Of a stretch of 64,000 bases of DNA, positions 1 to 12,835 are shown piece by piece. The stretch is taken from contig NC_043001.1 in NCBI RefSeq assembly GCF_006345805.1, positions 2,418,001-2,482,000 on the forward strand, in the 5' to 3' direction. This DNA comes from Octopus sinensis. Its lineage: Eukaryota. The translations under genes and the position numbers were made by a program. Position 1 is the first letter of the stretch. Every line of letters starts with the position of its first letter. The notes beneath the pieces are model-generated. The model ran no database searches, was not told the DNA's origin, and worked only from the letters and a program-made list of their open reading frames with translations.

Positions 1-825
1 ATTTGAAAAATGGAGAGGAAAGGAGAAACTGAAATTCTTTATTTGGTTCTTATTAGGATCTCTTCTAATGATTTATGTGCGAAATTAAAGATAACAGACT
101 CCATAAACAACAGAAGAATTTTGGAAGATAAATCATCTTAATGAAGATGACAATTATAGAATAAACATAGAAAATGCCATCAATGCCCCTTGAACTATGG
201 TAAATCTTGATCTGTTATTCCTCGTCTAGCCATATTTCTAATTAAATACATCATAAGTGTGAAGAAAGTTTGAAAAGAATCTAGAATTTGCAGATATTTT
301 GTGAAATCACTTTGTCATTATTAATTTTATATTTGGAACATCATTAAAGAAAAAGGGTTTCACACAGAATTTTGAAATCTTTTAATTTAAGAGTGAATTG
401 TTTAAAATTTAGACAATGTATGAGAAGAAGGGTGTTGGTTTTGGTGGGTGAGGCTGATAGGTTGGTAGCAAAGAGCTGAAGTCTTTCATTTTTAATCAAA
501 GAAATCATTATTCAGAAATTAAATCAAATCAAATTAAATTAAATGTATTTGTAGATAAAATACGATTGAAAAGTAAATCTTTACTTGTTCAACATTTAAA
601 AAAAATTTTATTTAGTTTCAGCTCACAAGCTGTGGCCATGCTGGGGCACCGCCATTTGCTGGGGCACTGCCATTTGAAATATTTTTATCTATTTTTATCC
701 ATGCGTGAAGAAGAGCACAAAAGGGGTTGCTATGAAGAAGTGGTTTAAAACACTGCTGTGAAAACTCTCATCCAACACGTGCCTGCATGGAGAAGCAGAT
801 ATAACATTGATGATGATGAGGAGGA

Positions 826-990
826 TGATGATGATGATGGTTGGCGATGACGATGATGATGATAATGACGATGATGATTAATGATGATGATAATGATGAC
901 ACTGAAGAGATGATACTCATGATGATGATAACAAGGATTTTGATGATGGTGGTGGTGGTTGTGGTGTTGGTTGTAGTTGTGGTGTAGGTG
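826..990. repeat. (GAT)n/(GGT)n compound microsatellite following a decayed RTE-type 3' tail
   Basis: Visible trinucleotide arrays; preceded by 'catccaacacgtgcctgcatggagaagcagatataacattgatgatg', a decayed form of the RTE tail seen elsewhere in the window. Confidence 0.85.
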
Positions 991-1059
991 GTGCTTAGAC
1001 TAGGTAGAGAGGATAGGATAGAGACACTAGTCCAGAAAAAAGCCTTTATAGGGATTAGA

Positions 1060-1372
1060 GATTAGAAACCAAAATTTTCCTTCTGCACCTCTAAGTGATG
1101 GCTGTTCAACGGTGTGAAGTCTGAAATCTGTCTTCTGAGCAAGCAGCTGGTTGGTAAGAAGAACAACAACATTAGGAGGACCCACAGCCACACCAACGAG
1201 GACATAATATGGTTTGAAACTAAAGGTGACAGGAGTAGAGCAAGGTTTACCCATTTCAATGTAACAGATTTTTATCCGTCTATATCAAGAGAACTATTGT
1301 ATTTAACCCTGGGTTTCACTAGGACCTACATTGAGATTAGAGATGAGGGCATATGCACCATCATCAAAAGAA
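1060..1372 (+). mobile_element. Penelope-like element reverse transcriptase fragment (decayed)
   Basis: Translation KSEICLLSKQLVGKKN...IIWFETKGDRSRARFTHFNVTDFYPSISRELL matches the PLE RT pattern KSEIG.ISK.IL..IN...W F....FDI.DFYPSI. Confidence 0.8.
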
Positions 1373-1448
1373 CCTTATATGTTTGTGTGTGTGTGTATGC
1401 GTGTGTCTGTGTGTGTGTGTACAGTTAAGAATATATTTATATATATAT

Positions 1449-1675
1449 TTCTTTACTACCCACAAGGGGCTAAACACAGAGGGGACAAACAAGGACAGAC
1501 AAAGGGATTAAGTCTATTATATCGACCCCAGTGCGTAACTGGTACTTAATTTATCGACCCCGAAAGGATGAAAAGCAAAGTCGACCTCGGCGGAATTTGA
1601 ACTTGGAACGTAACGACAGACGAAATACGGCTACGCATTTCGCTCGGTGTGCTAACGTTTCTGCTAGCTCGCCTT
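1449..1675 (-). mobile_element. tRNA-derived SINE with Deu/Nin-like central domain (well-preserved copy)
   Basis: Minus strand: A-box-like GGCGAGCTAGCAGAAACG, B-box GTTCAAATTCC, then CCGAGGTCGACTTTGCTTTTCATCCTTTCGGGGTCGATAAATTAAGTACCAG resembling the Deu/Nin SINE domain; related copies near 9450, 13020, 33215, 38090, 38758. Confidence 0.75.
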
Positions 1676-1731
1676 ATATATATATATTTATATATATATG
1701 CATATTTACCATAAAAGCTCAGGAAGTATGG

Positions 1732-1798
1732 GAGGTGAGTATATTCATTTAACCACTTGTCATCCTAAAGATGACAAGTGATTAAATACGTTCACCTC
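1732..1798. other. 67-nt hairpin (inverted repeat)
   Basis: tttaaccacttgtcatc / gatgacaagtgattaaa (17 bp, 1 mismatch, 5-nt loop) closed by outer gaggtga / tcacctc. Confidence 0.85.
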
Positions 1799-2146
1799 TC
1801 ATAATTTCTGACTATTTACGGCTTATGAAATACTCCTCATGCAATAATTTCATCAAATGGATCTTCTGGAATTCATCTCCATGAGACTCTTCCTTATACT
1901 CCTCTGTATTGGATTACGATGTGTTATATGGTAGCCAGGTCCATCAGAGGAGCTTTCTGTGATTGCCACCCAATTCTATGAATCCATATGTAAAACTATA
2001 AAGTTATATATATGTGTGTGTGTTTGTGTATGTTTGTATGTATGTTTGTATGCATGTATGTATGTATGTATGAATATCTCTCTCTCTCTCGCTATCTGTC
2101 TATCCATCCATCTATCTATATGTGTGTGTGTATATATGTATATATA

Positions 2147-2212
<66 letters not shown>

Positions 2213-2588
2213 CACTTAACTTCCACATGCTCCAGCTTCATTTAATTCGTCAAAGGACACCTGTTGTTAATGTCCTGTTGTTTGTAATTGTATTTGTGTA
2301 CCATTTCTCCATTTGTTTTTGTCCTTGCTTTCATATACATTCGCTTGCTTCCTTCCAAGGAATCTATTGCTCTTACCTTGGATTTTCTTGGAGCCGGCCA
2401 GATTGGAGCGGTCTTGAGTATAACCGGCTGAAACTGCTGAGAAAATCTGGAACTCAACTGAAGATAGACAACTCCGAATGACTTGTCCTTGTTTTTTCCT
2501 GTCCTTTTTTGTCTCATCAATTTTTCCGGATGTTTTGTTGTCCCCTGTTACGTTCTTGTTCCATTTTCTGTTTCCTTTTATATATATA

Positions 2589-3090
2589 CTAGCAGTATCG
2601 CCCGGCGTTGCTCGGATTTGTAAGGGAAATAACTATATAAGCATTTTTAGAGAGTTACTTCCCTTATAGATGCCAATTCGGGCTTTCTTAGCCATTTCTG
2701 TTTTGGTGTCTTCAAGCCATGAAGTCGTTGTTCTAAAAGAACGCTGGTCTCCTTGACAACGCTTTACGACGTTGATTTCCTTAAACTCCCTTCCCCACAG
2801 CTTCACGAGGGAGGGAAGAAGGGGAGAAGCAAACAGGTGCAGGTGTGACCATGGACGCCAACTCCGCCGCCATCGACACACGAAAAATTATGCATTAAAA
2901 TGGAATAAAAAATGATGTTAAATTATTTTTAAAATCGTAGACTCATCGTAGACGCGCGCTAATACTCAGTCGCGCTCGATATGAATCACGACTATAAGAT
3001 ACCCGAATTTGGTTAAACTGCACCGCAAAATGTGGGAGTAGTTAGGAATCTAAATCGAAGGGGACAGACACTCACACAACTACAGTTTTA
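2589..3090 (-). mobile_element. Non-autonomous Helitron-like element
   Basis: Minus-strand 3' end ...CCGAGCAACGCCGGGCGATACTGCTAG|T (GC-rich subterminal hairpin plus CTAG); other end TATATAAAACTGTAGTTGTGTGAGTGTCTGTC merges into a (TA)n array, as in Lep1/HINE-type rolling-circle elements. Confidence 0.65.
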
Positions 3091-3109
3091 TATATATATA
3101 TATATATAT

Positions 3110-3299
3110 GTTGTTTCATTTGTTTCAGTCACTACCTTTAGGCGAACAAATCAACCCCAGGACTTATTCTTTGTAAGCCTAGTACTTATTCCATCAATCT
3201 CTTTTGCTGAACTGCTAAGTGGTGGGGACATAAATACACCTACCTTGGGTGTCAAGTGATGGTGGGGGACAAACACAGACACAGACACCAAACACATAC

Positions 3300-3347
<48 letters not shown>

Positions 3348-3508
3348 GACAGGCTTTTTTCAGTTTCCGTCTACCAAATCCACTCACAAGGCTTTGATTG
3401 GCCTCAAGCTATAGTAGAAGACACTTGCCAAAGTGCCATGCAGTGGGACTGAACCTGGAACCATGTGGATGGTAAGCAAGCTACTTACCTGCATCTACTC
3501 ACACAGCC
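3110..3508 (-). mobile_element. tRNA-derived SINE family A (CORE-like segment, internal (TA)n)
   Basis: Head ...GGTAAGTAGCTTGCTTACC...GGTTCAGTCCCACTGCATGGCACTTTGGCAAGTGTCTTCTACTATAGC, internal TA array and shared 3' half; many copies in the window. Confidence 0.85.
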
Positions 3509-3754
3509 TATATATACTATGGCACTCCATCAGTTATGATGACAAGGGTTCCAGTTGGTCGGATCAACAGAACAGCCTGCTTGTGAAAATAATGTGCAAG
3601 TGGCTGAGTACTCCACAGATAAGCGTACCCTTAACGTAGTTCTCGGGGAGAGTCAGCATGACACAGAGTGTGACAAGGCTGGCCCCTTTGAAATACAGGT
3701 ACAACAGAAACAGAAAAAAAGAGTGAGAGAAAGTTGTCAAAGAGTACAGCAGGC

Positions 3755-3900
3755 TTCACCACCCTGCCCACCTGCTGGAGCCTCGTGGAGGTTTAGGTGT
3801 TTTTGCTCAACAAACACTCACAATGCCCAGCCTAGGAATCAAAACCGCAATCCTATAACTGTGAGTTTACTGCCCTAACCACTGGGCCACTGGGCCTCCA
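3755..3900 (-). mobile_element. tRNA-derived SINE family E
   Basis: Minus strand TGGCCCAGTGGTTAGGGCAG...GGTTTTGATTCC (A and B boxes); second copy at 19325-19460. Confidence 0.7.
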
Positions 3901-3985
3901 CCCTATACGTATATATATATATATATTATATATATACATACATACATTCATACATACATACAGGCATACATACATACAAACATAC

Positions 3986-4075
<90 letters not shown>

Positions 4076-4727
4076 CATATATATATATATATGTACCTAT
4101 GGATATATCTTGCTACTAATCTATATAAACACACTACCATCCAGATATATGTGTATGAGTGGGCTTTCTGTGTTTGTAGGAATTGGTCCCAGACAATATC
4201 AATGATTTCATTATTGCCACCTTTCAACTTTAAAACTACAGTTCCACTTTCTCGGTGATATCATAATGTTGGGTCTTAACCCACCAGCAGTGACTGGTCC
4301 ATTAAGTTTCTCAGAATCAAACAACACACTTCACTTCTTCTAATGAAAGTCTCGCGGGAGAATAGAATTTCCAATAACAAAGATCAACACACTTAATTTA
4401 TAGTATTTATCAATTTAATATTCACATTATACACTCTCAGTTAGGAATGTCTGTGTATATGTGCGTATGTCTGTATATGTGCGTATGTCTGTAGATGTGT
4501 GTGCAGACACAGACATTATGTATGCATGCAAACACACAAACATATCTATACACTCATAAATATGCACACACTTGTGCACACACTGACACACACATGCTTA
4601 CATATAGACGTACGTATATACATACATACACACATAGATATATATATATATAATTTATTTACTGAAGCTAGCTCAAGCTCGAGAGGAAAATGTAATAACC
4701 AGTAAAAAGTAAGTAAAGCTGTATTGA

Positions 4728-4761
<34 letters not shown>

Positions 4762-5354
4762 GGTGGTGTGGTGGTGACAATGATGATGATGATGACTACT
4801 ATAACGATGAGGATGAGGATGAGAAAAGGAAGAAGAAGGAAAAGGAGAAAGAGGAGGAGGAGGAGGAGATGGGGAAGAATAAGAATAAGAATAAGAATAT
4901 AAATAACAAAAGCAACAAGAACAAGCAAAAAAGAATCATTAGAAATAAAAAACAAAAAAAAGCCAAACCTCATTTTGCTCAATCTAAATTTTCATTTAGT
5001 TTTGTTTGTTTACTTAGAGAATTGTAAATACACAATTATTTGAGTTAGTGAAAAATTAATTTATAAATAATTTCATTATTAATTGCCCTTTTTTTTTCTA
5101 TAATGGATCAAATAAATTTCTCTATCAATAAATTAACTAATCTGTTCAAAAGTTAATGTCTTTTTATTTCTCCAATTTCATCTCTGAAGAGATTGGAATA
5201 TTTTGGAATGGCACTCTCAAGATTCCCAGTGACCATCATCAACAGGAATGGCTGTGTGGTTAACAAGGATGCTCCTAGAGCCATGTAATTCCTCGTTCGA
5301 TTCCATTGTACAGCACTTTGGTAAAGTGTCTTGCTAAATAAATATACAATAATC

Positions 5355-5650
5355 GTCATCATCGTCATTTGACGTCTGCTTTCCATGCTGGCATAGGTTG
5401 GACGGTTTGTCTGAGGACTGGTGAGCCAGAAGGCTGCACCAGGCTCCAATCTTGATCTGGCAGAGTTTCTACAGCTGGATGCCCTTCCTAACCTCAGCCA
5501 CTCTGAGAGTGTAGTGGGTGATTTTACTTGCCACCGGCATGAGGACCAGTCAGGCAGTTCTGGCAACAACCATGCTCAAAAGGTGTTTTTTACGTGCTAC
5601 CTGCACAGGAGCCGGTCCAGCAGCACTGGCAATGACCATGCTTGAACGTC
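5355..5650 (-). mobile_element. RTE-LINE 3'UTR-derived element with (GAT)n tail
   Basis: Reverse complement of the conserved block ...AGGAAGGGCATCCAGCTGTAGAAAC...CCAACC(C/T)ATGCCAGCATGGAAAGCAGACG + (GAT)n, which lies downstream of the RTE coding fragments at 22229 and 57700. Confidence 0.85.
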
Positions 5651-5699
5651 AACATATGGATGGTTGCCGTAGTCCGCTATAGTGCACCCATCCATAAAT

Positions 5700-6905
5700 A
5701 GACATGAGTGGAGATTAACCAACTCGATCAAACTACCCAAAAGACAATGACAATGTATGATGCCCTCTACTCTAAGGTAACTGTACACAGATTCTATATG
5801 AAGATGGGCAAAGGTGCACATGGGTTGATTAGTGTACAGGAGTGCATCAACAGTGAAAAATAAACATGGCAGAATATTTGGTAAACAGCAAAGAAGACAT
5901 GTTACAGTATGCTGCTAATGCAGAAGGATTTAACAAAAATGGACTTGAGAAGAGTGCTCATGAATTCCGATGAAGAACAGCCAATGAGAGAGAAGAAGCC
6001 CTACTCTGCAGGGAATAACAAGGTCAATTCCACCGGGAAACCAACAAATTTAAAGACCAGGAGGCATCATGGAGGTGGCTTAACAAGGGTGGCCTAAAAG
6101 AGAATACTGAAAGCTTAATCATCGCTGCCTAGGACCAGGCATTGAATACTAACTCAGTGTAAAAGAATATATACCACACAAGAGCCATGGACCTCTGCAG
6201 AATGTGTGGGAAGATGGATGAATGTGTGACTCGCATTGTTAGTGCTTGTGAAAGTCTTGTGCAGAAAGAGTACAAACATAGACATGACAAGGTAACCCAA
6301 AACCTCCACTGACTACTATGCTGTAAGTATGGATATGAAGTTACAGGTGCTTGGTATGAATATTCACCAGAAAATGTAATGGACGAAAAGGGGAAGGCAA
6401 AAATCCTCTGGAACTTTGAGTTCCAGAGAGATAAAGTGTTAGAGCACTGAAAGCCAGATATAGTAACCTTTAGGAGGGACAAACAAGAGTGCCTAATAAT
6501 CGATGTAGTAGTGTCAGGAGATCAACATAAAGAAAGAGAAAAGGTTGATAAATATGGAGACCTGAGAATTGAGATCGCCAAAACCTGGCAGCTACGAGAG
6601 TCAAACATAAAGGTTGTCCCTATTGTCATCGGGGAATTGGGTTCAATACCACCCAAGCTGAAGAAACATCTGGAAACGTTAGAAATACCTTACAATCCAG
6701 GTATACTGCAAAAGTCAGTATTACTTGGAACTGTGCATATATTGTGTAAAGTACTGTCTGTCTGTGGTCCTTGTTGTGACTTGACAGAGAGTACAAACCC
6801 CCAGTAGACACAATATCTTCAACCAACAACCTCACAATATGATATACTGAGCGATGTCTATAATAATAACAATGATGATGATGATGATAATGATAATAAT
6901 AATAA
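5700..6905 (+). mobile_element. R4/Dong-clade non-LTR retrotransposon, 3' fragment (CCHC knuckle plus restriction-like endonuclease), pseudogenised
   Basis: Translation ...SWRWLNKGGLKENTESLIIAA*DQAL...CRMCGKMDECVTRIVSAC...HRHDKV...KPDIV...IIDVVV...KVDKYGDL...LQKSVLLGTVHIL; stops and frameshifts; (AAT)n tail near 6860-6905. Confidence 0.9.
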
Positions 6906-7065
6906 TATTCAGGGACCATTTGAGTGGGATAGGCTACTCAACCTGAAGGTCATGTGTTGTTTATTTTGATATGGGTCACTGTGTTACATACATATGGTTG
7001 AGATGCATGTCTTGTGTACCGTTATCAGACAGGTAGTCATGGTGGTTATATTACGCTCTGTATAT

Positions 7066-7066
<1 letters not shown>

Positions 7067-7104
<38 letters not shown>

Positions 7105-7288
7105 TCGAAAAATACCTTAGGTACGAGAACCCAGGGTTCGAAATTTCCCCAAGACACCTGATGAATGCTGGAGGGTATATCAGCCGAAATATTGTGTTAA
7201 CAACAAACAAGATGAGGACAAATATCTGTCAAATGTAAATAATGTAAATAATGTACATAATTCCTCATCTCTTAAATATAGAACTGTA
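7067..7288 (+). mobile_element. 5'-truncated copy of the hammerhead-bearing repeat also at 39640-40084
   Basis: Near-identical to 39903-40084; begins in an (AAT)n array and ends at the same ...cttaaatatagaactgta. Confidence 0.85.
7153..7198 (+). ncRNA. Minimal type I hammerhead-like motif (partly decayed)
   Basis: gacac-CTGATGA-a-tgctgg...tcagcc-GAAA-tatt-gtgtt; stem I gacac/gtgtt; cg changed to ta in stem III. Confidence 0.5.
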
Positions 7289-9654
7289 CCTCCTTTCTTT
7301 GTTCTCATCTCTTATTTCCCTCTCTACTGTGATCTCCTTTTTCTTTTCTGAGCTCATCTCTTCCTCTGTTGAACTCTCTTTTTTTTATCCTGAGATCCTC
7401 TTTACTGAAGGTGCTGGTGGTGTTGGTGACGGTGGAGTCTTTCTTTCACAGCCTCAACTCTTCTTTTTCTTTGATGACGTGTTTTCCATTCGTTATGATT
7501 GCTTTTCGATTGAATCATTTGATGTATTTCACTGGCAACTTTTTCTGCACAGCTTTGAAATGTGACACGAGTAAATCACCAAAACACAGTCTTCAGCAAC
7601 ATAATTGCATCTCACTTAGGGTACCTAATTGTTATTTAGCCTCAGGTCAACCCCAAGCCAGATTTGCTTTAACCATACTTATTTCAGCTTCAGCGGGATT
7701 AAAACTACATTATGCTACATATCTGATCATCATGTTTAGTCCTAGGTCAGCCCTGCACAAGTAGGTTTGATGTGAAAGCCATTCCAACTGTGACCATCTT
7801 GTCTGTTTTTTGATACATGAAAATATCCAAAAGTATTTCAAAAGCCATCTTATATTAAATTTCACTGGTTTAATCTGGAGCAAGGAACTGTCCCCTTGCT
7901 ATTTGAGTCCCTGTTCCAGACTGGTGTGTCTTTTGTTTTTAAAACAGTAGAGTGTTTTTTTGAGAGGAACAAAACTGCTATTTCTAGCAATCCGAATGAC
8001 CCCTAAAGAGGTTCCTTTGTTGTCTCCTAAGTTAGCCTTTTTGTAATCATTTTATTTCATGTTAGCTCTTGGCTCACACGACAGACTTCGTCTAACCAAT
8101 ATTTGCTCTCTTTTCAAATCCAATTTATCACACAATAACAACATAACAACATGCCAACATCATCCAAATTTGTCAATTGATAATTATATCTCTTCTCATC
8201 CTCTTTTATTTCTTCTCTTTCCTTTCCTTCACACTCATTCCCCCACCTTTTTTTTCTTTCTCTCTCTCTCGCCCACCTCTCTTCATTATTGTTCGGCCAT
8301 TCTTGATCTTCGTTTCATGTTACTTCATTTTCGATCTTGTTTCATCATTTTACTAAAATAAAACGAAATAAATTAAAAAAAAGGACCAGGAAAACAAAAG
8401 CTAAAAAACATGAACCATGGTTAAAAATAAACTTTAAAACAAAAATCAATCCCACGATCAGTTCTTCAATAAAATTTTAAGCACTTAAAATATTCAAACA
8501 ATCAATTACCTCAATTGTAAAATTGAATTTTTAACAGTATTTTTCTGATTGCAGTTTTGACAGGGCTTAACACCCTCCTTCTTATTTATTTAGTTTTTGA
8601 CTGGTTTTAGATATTTATTTACTTCTTTTTTAGCTTCTTCTTTCTCTGTGTTTTTTCTGGGTTTTTTTTTTGTTCTTTTTGTCTTGCAAAAAATTTTCTT
8701 TTTAATTTTGTTTGAGCTGCCAAATATTCCATTTTCAAATTTTAATGAAAATCTGCTAAACTAAAATATAAGAGACAGCCTGATGGATCATAATTGTGAA
8801 AATATATGGTGCTGCAGAAGAAAAAAGAACAAAAACAAAAAGTAATAATAAAGCAAAAGAACAAAATGTCACCAGTTTTAGGCTTTTTACACATCATTTA
8901 TCAAATGTTGATAGAAGAGAGACAATGTATTGAGTGACTAAAATAGGGGTTTTAGTTCCTTTTACTTGAGACCCAAAACTCATGGACTAAACATATTTAT
9001 CCGGACATTTTTTGAAGGGGCGGGATGTGTTAGCTATGTCTAATATAAAAACGGATGCAGTGTCTATAAACACCAAATGCTCCATTTCTCATCTGGCTAC
9101 AATCATCAGCTGAGCGCCGTGCTTCACTGAGATTTCGGCCCATTATGCTCAGCATCTCTCCACACAGTGAGCCTGTAACAGCTGGACGTATTGCATTATT
9201 TAATCTTGCAGCGATTCCTCTGTGGTGTTGTTTTGCATTTATAATTAAAAAAATATATACAAGTTATAAAAATAATAAAATAAATATACAGTACTGTTTC
9301 TACTTTGCAGCTTTCACCTATCACGGTGGTGGGGTTTGGAATGTTTTACCCTCAATAGTTGAGGGTTTCTTATAAGCAACAAATCCAGAAGATTTAGAGA
9401 ATTGGAGTAACTAATTAGAATATTCAAAGAGTTTAATATTTCATTCAATGTGAGCAGCAGTAAAGGCCTTGGAATCTTAAGGGCACTGGAAGAAATTCTT
9501 TGGAATTTGTTTCAGTTCTTTACACCCTGAGTTCAATCCCTGCTGGTATCAATCTTGTCTTTCATCAAGTCAAGTCAACTGGTGCCAAAGTTATCAACAA
9601 ACAGACTCTTCCCTTAAAATCTCTGGCCCCGACTTAAGTAATGACATTGTTATT

Positions 9655-9889
9655 AATTTTGTGCTGGTGCCACATAAAAAGCACCCAGTAAACCCTGTGA
9701 AGTGGTCGGCTTTGGGAAGGGCAACCAGCTGTAGAAACCATGATGAAACAAACAAATGGACCGTGAGGCAGCTCTCCAGCCATGCCAGTTCCTGTCAAGC
9801 TGTCCTGCCCTTTCCAGCATGGAAAACAGACAATAAATGATGATGATGATGATGATGATGATGACGACGACGACGACGACGATGATGAC

Positions 9890-9920
<31 letters not shown>
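9655..9920 (+). mobile_element. RTE 3'UTR-derived element with long (GAT/GAC)n tail
   Basis: gtgctggtgccacataaaaagcaccc...ggaagggcaaccagctgtagaaac...ccagcatggaaaac + tail. Confidence 0.8.
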
Positions 9921-9922
<2 letters not shown>

Positions 9923-10249
9923 AATGATGAAGATTGTTGCTGTTGTTGTTCCTCATGCATTTTGTATTTTGTATTTTAGAATTTACTTCTTATTTTTTCC
10001 ATAGTTAGTTCTACGTAAAGCCTCAGGGATTTAATAATTTATGTGTTTAATATCCTGATGTCCCTCACAAGTGCAGCCGATAAAGAAACAATATTTTGTG
10101 GCACAAAGAAAGACATACACAAAGAATCGTTCTTTATACATTTTTTTTTGCCAGATCAGAGACAAACATCAGAGAAACATTACAAATAACGAAATCTTTA
10201 GCAAATGATCCGACATTGTTTTCATATAACATTCAGTCTTAGGATGTTG

Positions 10250-10272
10250 GTGTTGTTGTTGTTGTTCTTCTT

Positions 10273-10360
<88 letters not shown>

Positions 10361-10374
10361 TATTATTATTATTA

Positions 10375-10408
<34 letters not shown>

Positions 10409-10535
10409 CATCATTATTATTATTATTGTTATTATTACTGTTATTATTATTATTATTGTTGTTATTGTTGTTGTTATCATCATCATCATCATCATTACCA
10501 TCATCATCATTATTAGTTGTAGTTGTAGTAGTAGT
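10250..10535. repeat. Compound trinucleotide array (GTT)n(CTT)n(ATT)n(CAT)n
   Basis: Directly visible. Confidence 0.95.
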
Positions 10536-10600
10536 AAGAACACTGTGATCTTAGTGAAGACTGGGTCTTTTGGTTTATTTACATCAGACTCTTTGTCGTT

Positions 10601-10847
10601 TCATTTGAAGAACTTTAACCATGGCTGGAGACACAAGAGTAAAACAGAACTGTTTCGATGAAGGAGCATTTTTGTGGCTGATTGGTCTACTAGAAATAGC
10701 AGTGAAATTTCTTTGGATACACCCAGTGGCAGGGGTGGTGGCATCAGTGATGGCATGGGATGTTTTTCTTGTCTGAGAAATTCAATTTCCTCTGGATTGA
10801 GTGCTTCCCCATTGCTGGTGGCATCGATGACTGAGAAAGTCATATCT
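10601..10847 (-). CDS. Candidate terminal coding exon, product unknown
   Basis: Strong minus-strand acceptor (ctttatttctatctttttttttcttctAG), then an open frame DMTFSVIDATSNGEALNPEEIEFLRQEKHPMPSLMPPPLP...WLKFFK* and AATAAA about 20-25 nt past the stop; no recognisable family. Confidence 0.3.
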
Positions 10848-11289
10848 CTAGAAGAAAAAAAAAGATAGAAATAAAGATGGCAAGAAAGAGGTTGTTTAGT
10901 TGTTGCTGCCGTCAGCTCTCTTTGCATTTTTCTTCAACCTCTCGTTTTTCTTTTGACTTCAAGAAAATACAGTTCCAACGCTGATAAAACAACATCATCT
11001 AGAACAGTCGTTGGCCTCAATTCCTCACATTTTCCTCACAATTCTCGTCATTCTGACGATTGACATCAGCTCCTCTTTGTAATGGTTTGGTGAGGGAATC
11101 GTTCTTCTTTCATTCTGTCCTTGTCCTTCTAAAAGAGGTGAAGTACACGTTGAACAATGTATCGTCTGATATACACAACCACGAATGGTCAGGGATGAGC
11201 TCAGTCAGGGAAGTTCTGGCAATAAATTTCAACAACAACTACACTATCAGCAATAACAGGTACAATACTGCCCACATCTACAACAACCA

Positions 11290-11563
11290 TTTATTGGAGC
11301 CATGTAAAAAGCACCAGTGGTGGTGCCATGCAGAAAAGCACTGGTGCTGGTGCCACGTAAAAGGTACTCAGCGGACACTCTGTAAAGTGGTTGGCCTTAA
11401 GAAGGTAATCCAGCGGCAGAAACCTTGCCAAAACCAACAACGGAACCTTGAGCGGTCCTTGGCCTTGCCAGTTCTTGTCAAACCGTCTGACCTGTGCCAG
11501 CATGGCAAACGGACGTTATATTATGATGATGACGATGACGATGATGACGATGAGGATGACGAC

Positions 11564-11592
<29 letters not shown>
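11290..11592 (+). mobile_element. RTE 3'UTR-derived element with (GAT)n tail
   Basis: Same conserved block and tail as other copies. Confidence 0.8.
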
Positions 11593-11594
<2 letters not shown>

Positions 11595-12464
11595 CCTACC
11601 TAAGAAAGCTAATGCTTCAAATGAAAGTCGTCAAACACTCCAGCTGACTGATTTATGGTTAATAGGTTTTCTCTTGTCGTTGTAAAGGTAATATAGTTTG
11701 AAATTGGATTGTGAGGGAAGGAATTTTGCAGCGAAGCATGAAATCTTTACCCAAGAATATATATAATGCAATATTTGAATCACTAATACCACAAATATTC
11801 TTTTTATTGAGTTATAGTTCTCTGGTCAAAGACTTCATGCCTAATTAACAAATTACTTTTTCTCCACAATTATCTCACAAAGTTTCAGTGTTTATAACTT
11901 CCAATAGATTATCAGAAGAATCGAGGTAATCACCCACCGTATAAATCAATCCCATTTTATATGTTTCACCCCCTTAAGGAGCTAATTATTGCTTCCTAAA
12001 TGGTTAGGTTTGGCAGGAATCTAAAATCATCAAGCTAAATAAATTACAAGATTTATTCCATATAAACAAAAATGATAACTTATATTTCTTTGGAATTAGC
12101 CAAAATAATTTGTAGAAATATTGAATCAAATACTTTCATCGGTTCCATTCAGAAATAATGAATTCAATTAATCAGTTTCATGAAAGATTTTCTATATAGG
12201 AATGGTAAAACCTCAAAGACATAGGTTAATGCTATAAACTGTTAAATGATGACACTTTAACAGAAAGTCAGTCAATAGATATTTCATGACGAAATTAATA
12301 ATCAGATCTAAATTAATACCTTTTCTAAAAGTATTAGCTGCCAATGGAAGGGATGGAATTTCCCTTAAATGTTTGTGAAATCTGAATAATTTCAGCCGAA
12401 ATCTGGAAAGAAGATTGTTAAATTCTATAATCGTTTAAATCATTGTGTTTGGGATAATGGGAGG

Positions 12465-12835
12465 AGGAGGAGGATGAGAGGTGGGTGGAAAGGGGGGAAG
12501 GATAGGGGGAGAGAGGGAGAAGGGAGAGAGGGAGAATGAGAAGGAGAGAAGGGAGAATGAGAAGGAGAGAAGGAAGAATGAGAGAGGGGAAAGGGAGAGA
12601 GGGAGAGTGGAGAGGGAGAGAGATGAGTGAGGGAGGTAGGGGAGAGGGAGGGAGAGAGAGATGGGGAGAGAGGGGAGATAGCGGGGTGAGAGAGAAGGAG
12701 GGGAGAGGGAGATAGGAGAAGAGAGAGAGAGGGAGGGAGAGAGGAGAGAGGGGAGAGTGGGAGGAGGAGAAAGAGAGAGAAAGCAGAGAGAAGGCAGAGA
12801 GAGAAACAGAGAGAGAGAGAGAGAGAAGGAAACAG
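12465..12835. repeat. Polypurine (GA/GGA-rich) low-complexity tract
   Basis: About 370 bp almost entirely A/G on the plus strand. Confidence 0.9.

Noticed and set aside
7290-7570. Lys/Glu/Pro-rich protein-like text on the minus strand
   Set aside because: Every frame has multiple stops; it is low-complexity purine-rich sequence.
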